From the IMG/VR virus record IMGVR_UViG_3300011439_000041, positions 1 to 26,840 of that record: 26,840 bases of DNA. One strand, given 5' to 3'. The position numbers and the translations under genes were made by a program. Under the pieces are notes generated by a model. The model was not told the DNA's origin. It made no database searches and saw nothing but the letters and a program-made list of their open reading frames with translations. The stretch is from a virus (taxonomy: Duplodnaviria; Caudoviricetes). Shown here piece after piece: positions 25,400-26,840 of this stretch (position 1 is its first letter; every line of letters starts with the position of its first letter).

Positions 25400-26146
25400 T
25401 CATGCGGCACCGACGAGAGTGCTGTCAAGCGACTCGCTGACATGCACGACGGCGTGCGTGTCGTCGGCGAGCGTCTCGTTCCAGCCGCAGGCGAGGCAGG
25501 TCAGCCAACGCAGCTTCCCGCCGCCGATGTCCTGCGTCACGAGCACGATCGCGGGTACCTGATAGCGCTGCCGGCGCACGCGACGGCTCTCGTACTCCTC
25601 GCGCACGTCGTCGACCCACATGGTCGGCTGCGGGCCGGCCCACGGGCCGATGGTGCCGTGCGGGTAGGGCCGTATCTGGGTGCACTCGGGGCAGGTCGCA
25701 CCGCGTATGCCGCGCTGCTCGACCTCGCCGGTCAGTAGGGCCGTGATCTGCTTCGCCCACGTCTGCGCGTTGGTGGCGATGCGGTCGGCGATCTCCTCGT
25801 GGCCGGTGGAGATGGCCGTGGCGGCGCAGGAGCGCAGCAGGCGACCGACCCATGGCGTCTGGTGACGGTCGCCCGGGTCGCGCCGGGAGATGTCCATGTG
25901 CTCGGCCCATGCGTGGGTGTCGTGCGTGATCCACACCCACAGGTCGAATGCGTCGACGGCGAGCAGCGGTCGGCTACCGGGGACGGTGGAGACGCCGACA
26001 CGTTCCAGGCCGACGCTGACCTCTTCAGCGAGCTGTGCGAGCAGGCACGGCGCGTTCGCGCTGTAGCTGACCGTCGGCGTGATTTCTATGCGCATCTTCT
26101 GCGCTCGGATCAGTTCGCCGACGGCCTCCATTGCCCGGTGGGTCAC
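25400..26146 (-). CDS. Hypothetical protein with Zn ribbon, possible late-gene regulator
   Basis: CPEC...CLACG..W; GTGA overlap upstream. The regulator role is inferred from position only. Confidence 0.65.
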   Translation of the reverse strand: MTHRAMEAVGELIRAQKMRIEITPTVSYSANAPCLLAQLAEEVSVGLERVGVSTVPGSRPLLAVDAFDLWVWITHDTHAWAEHMDISRRDPGDRHQTPWVGRLLRSCAATAISTGHEEIADRIATNAQTWAKQITALLTGEVEQRGIRGATCPECTQIRPYPHGTIGPWAGPQPTMWVDDVREEYESRRVRRQRYQVPAIVLVTQDIGGGKLRWLTCLACGWNETLADDTHAVVHVSESLDSTLVGAA

Positions 26147-26355
26147 GTGGCGCCTCCGTGGTTGCTGGATGACGTGATGTGCCAGAGGTGGCAGGACGGG
26201 CAGCGGTAGCTGCGCGCTCTAGCCCTGCGGCGGACGTCGCCGGTTTTGCGGCGCCTGATCGCGCAGGCCGCGGCCCATGCCTCCTGGGGCGAGCGGTAGG
26301 CGATCTTGACTGTCTCGCAATCCCGGTTCGTTACCAGTACTCCCCGCTCGGTCAC
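26143..26355 (-). CDS. Small phage Zn-finger protein (70 aa)
   Basis: C...KIAYRSPQEA...RSYRCPSCHLWHITS pattern; 4-nt overlap with the next gene. Confidence 0.7.
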   Translation of the reverse strand: MTERGVLVTNRDCETVKIAYRSPQEAWAAACAIRRRKTGDVRRRARARSYRCPSCHLWHITSSSNHGGAT

Positions 26356-26397
26356 CGTGGCGACGCAGCTCCTGTGTGCCTGTCTCTGGTTGCTTGG

Positions 26398-26428
26398 GGA
26401 GGCGGCCCCTAGGAAGTGGGCCGCCTCC
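26398..26428. terminator. Intergenic GC-rich hairpin
   Basis: GGAGGCGGCCC-9 nt-GGGCCGCCTCC just downstream of the M23 gene; no U tract on the minus strand. Confidence 0.4.
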
Positions 26429-26452
26429 GGCCCTGTGTGGAACTGCCCTCGA

Positions 26453-26840
26453 TCAGCAGCCGAGGCCGAGCCCGTTGGCCCTAGCCGACTGCGCCGTGTT
26501 TCCGTTGCCGGTTGCCTCGAAGTGCAGGTGTGGACCCTTCGCGTTGCCGGTCGAACCGACGTGGCCGATCACCGTTGCTGGTGCGACGTTGGTGCCGACC
26601 CGTGCCCCCTGCCGCACGAGATGCATGTAGGTCGACGTGTACCGGCCGTGGTCGATACGCACATACCAGCCGGCCGAGCCTGAGTAGCGGGACAGGACGA
26701 CCTGGCCGCCGCCGACTGAACGGATCGCCGTGCCGGTGCGGGCCGTGAGGTCGATGCCGGCGTGGCGGTGTCCTGCGCGGGGTGCGCCGGGGCAGGCACC
26801 TGGGCCGGATGCGCGGATGCCGGAGGCGAGCGGATGCACC
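26453..26840 (-). CDS. M23 family metallopeptidase; 5' end probably outside window
   Basis: HAGID (HxxxD), YVRIDHG, TYMHL, IGHVGSTGN and GPHLHFE (HxH); frame open to the window edge. Confidence 0.88.
   Translation of the reverse strand, partial: VHPLASGIRASGPGACPGAPRAGHRHAGIDLTARTGTAIRSVGGGQVVLSRYSGSAGWYVRIDHGRYTSTYMHLVRQGARVGTNVAPATVIGHVGSTGNAKGPHLHFEATGNGNTAQSARANGLGLGC

Noticed and set aside
227-26748. Many long plus-strand ORFs (e.g. 2505-3611, 6137-7276, 14515-15543, 19247-20275, 20499-21665)
   Set aside because: Antisense shadows of high-GC minus-strand genes; low-complexity translations with no recognisable motifs.
1-26840. Frequent TCGA-containing palindromes (GTCGAC, CTCGAG)
   Set aside because: Explained by high-GC codon pairs such as GTC GAC and CTC GAG; no regular spacing seen.
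1-26840. CRISPR array, DGR, integrase, intein, rRNA/tRNA
   Set aside because: No repeat-spacer array, reverse transcriptase or recombinase motifs noticed, and the terminase is of ordinary length. Inspection was by eye only.

Overview
High-GC actinobacterial (pro)phage segment. All convincing genes are on the minus strand and form a siphovirus late operon read from right to left. The order is: partial M23 peptidase, small Zn-finger genes, packaging HNH, candidate cos region, a frameshifted second HNH, terminase small and large subunits, portal, then a 1130-aa MuF-like head protein fused to zincin, HEH, kinase-like and VIP2-type ADP-ribosyltransferase domains with two small genes behind it. These are followed by scaffold, major capsid and head-tail adaptor; a tightly coupled cassette of five glycosyltransferases, a SAM methyltransferase and a 72-aa helical protein; head closure, neck and tail terminator; tail tube; tail chaperone with a -1 slippery site; tape measure; minor tail proteins; and a truncated amidase endolysin. 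The two strongest signals are a putative virion glycosylation system (the capsid, tail tube and three other virion proteins all end in Ser) and the multi-enzyme MuF effector. Calls come from motif reading and gene order only; no database searches were run.
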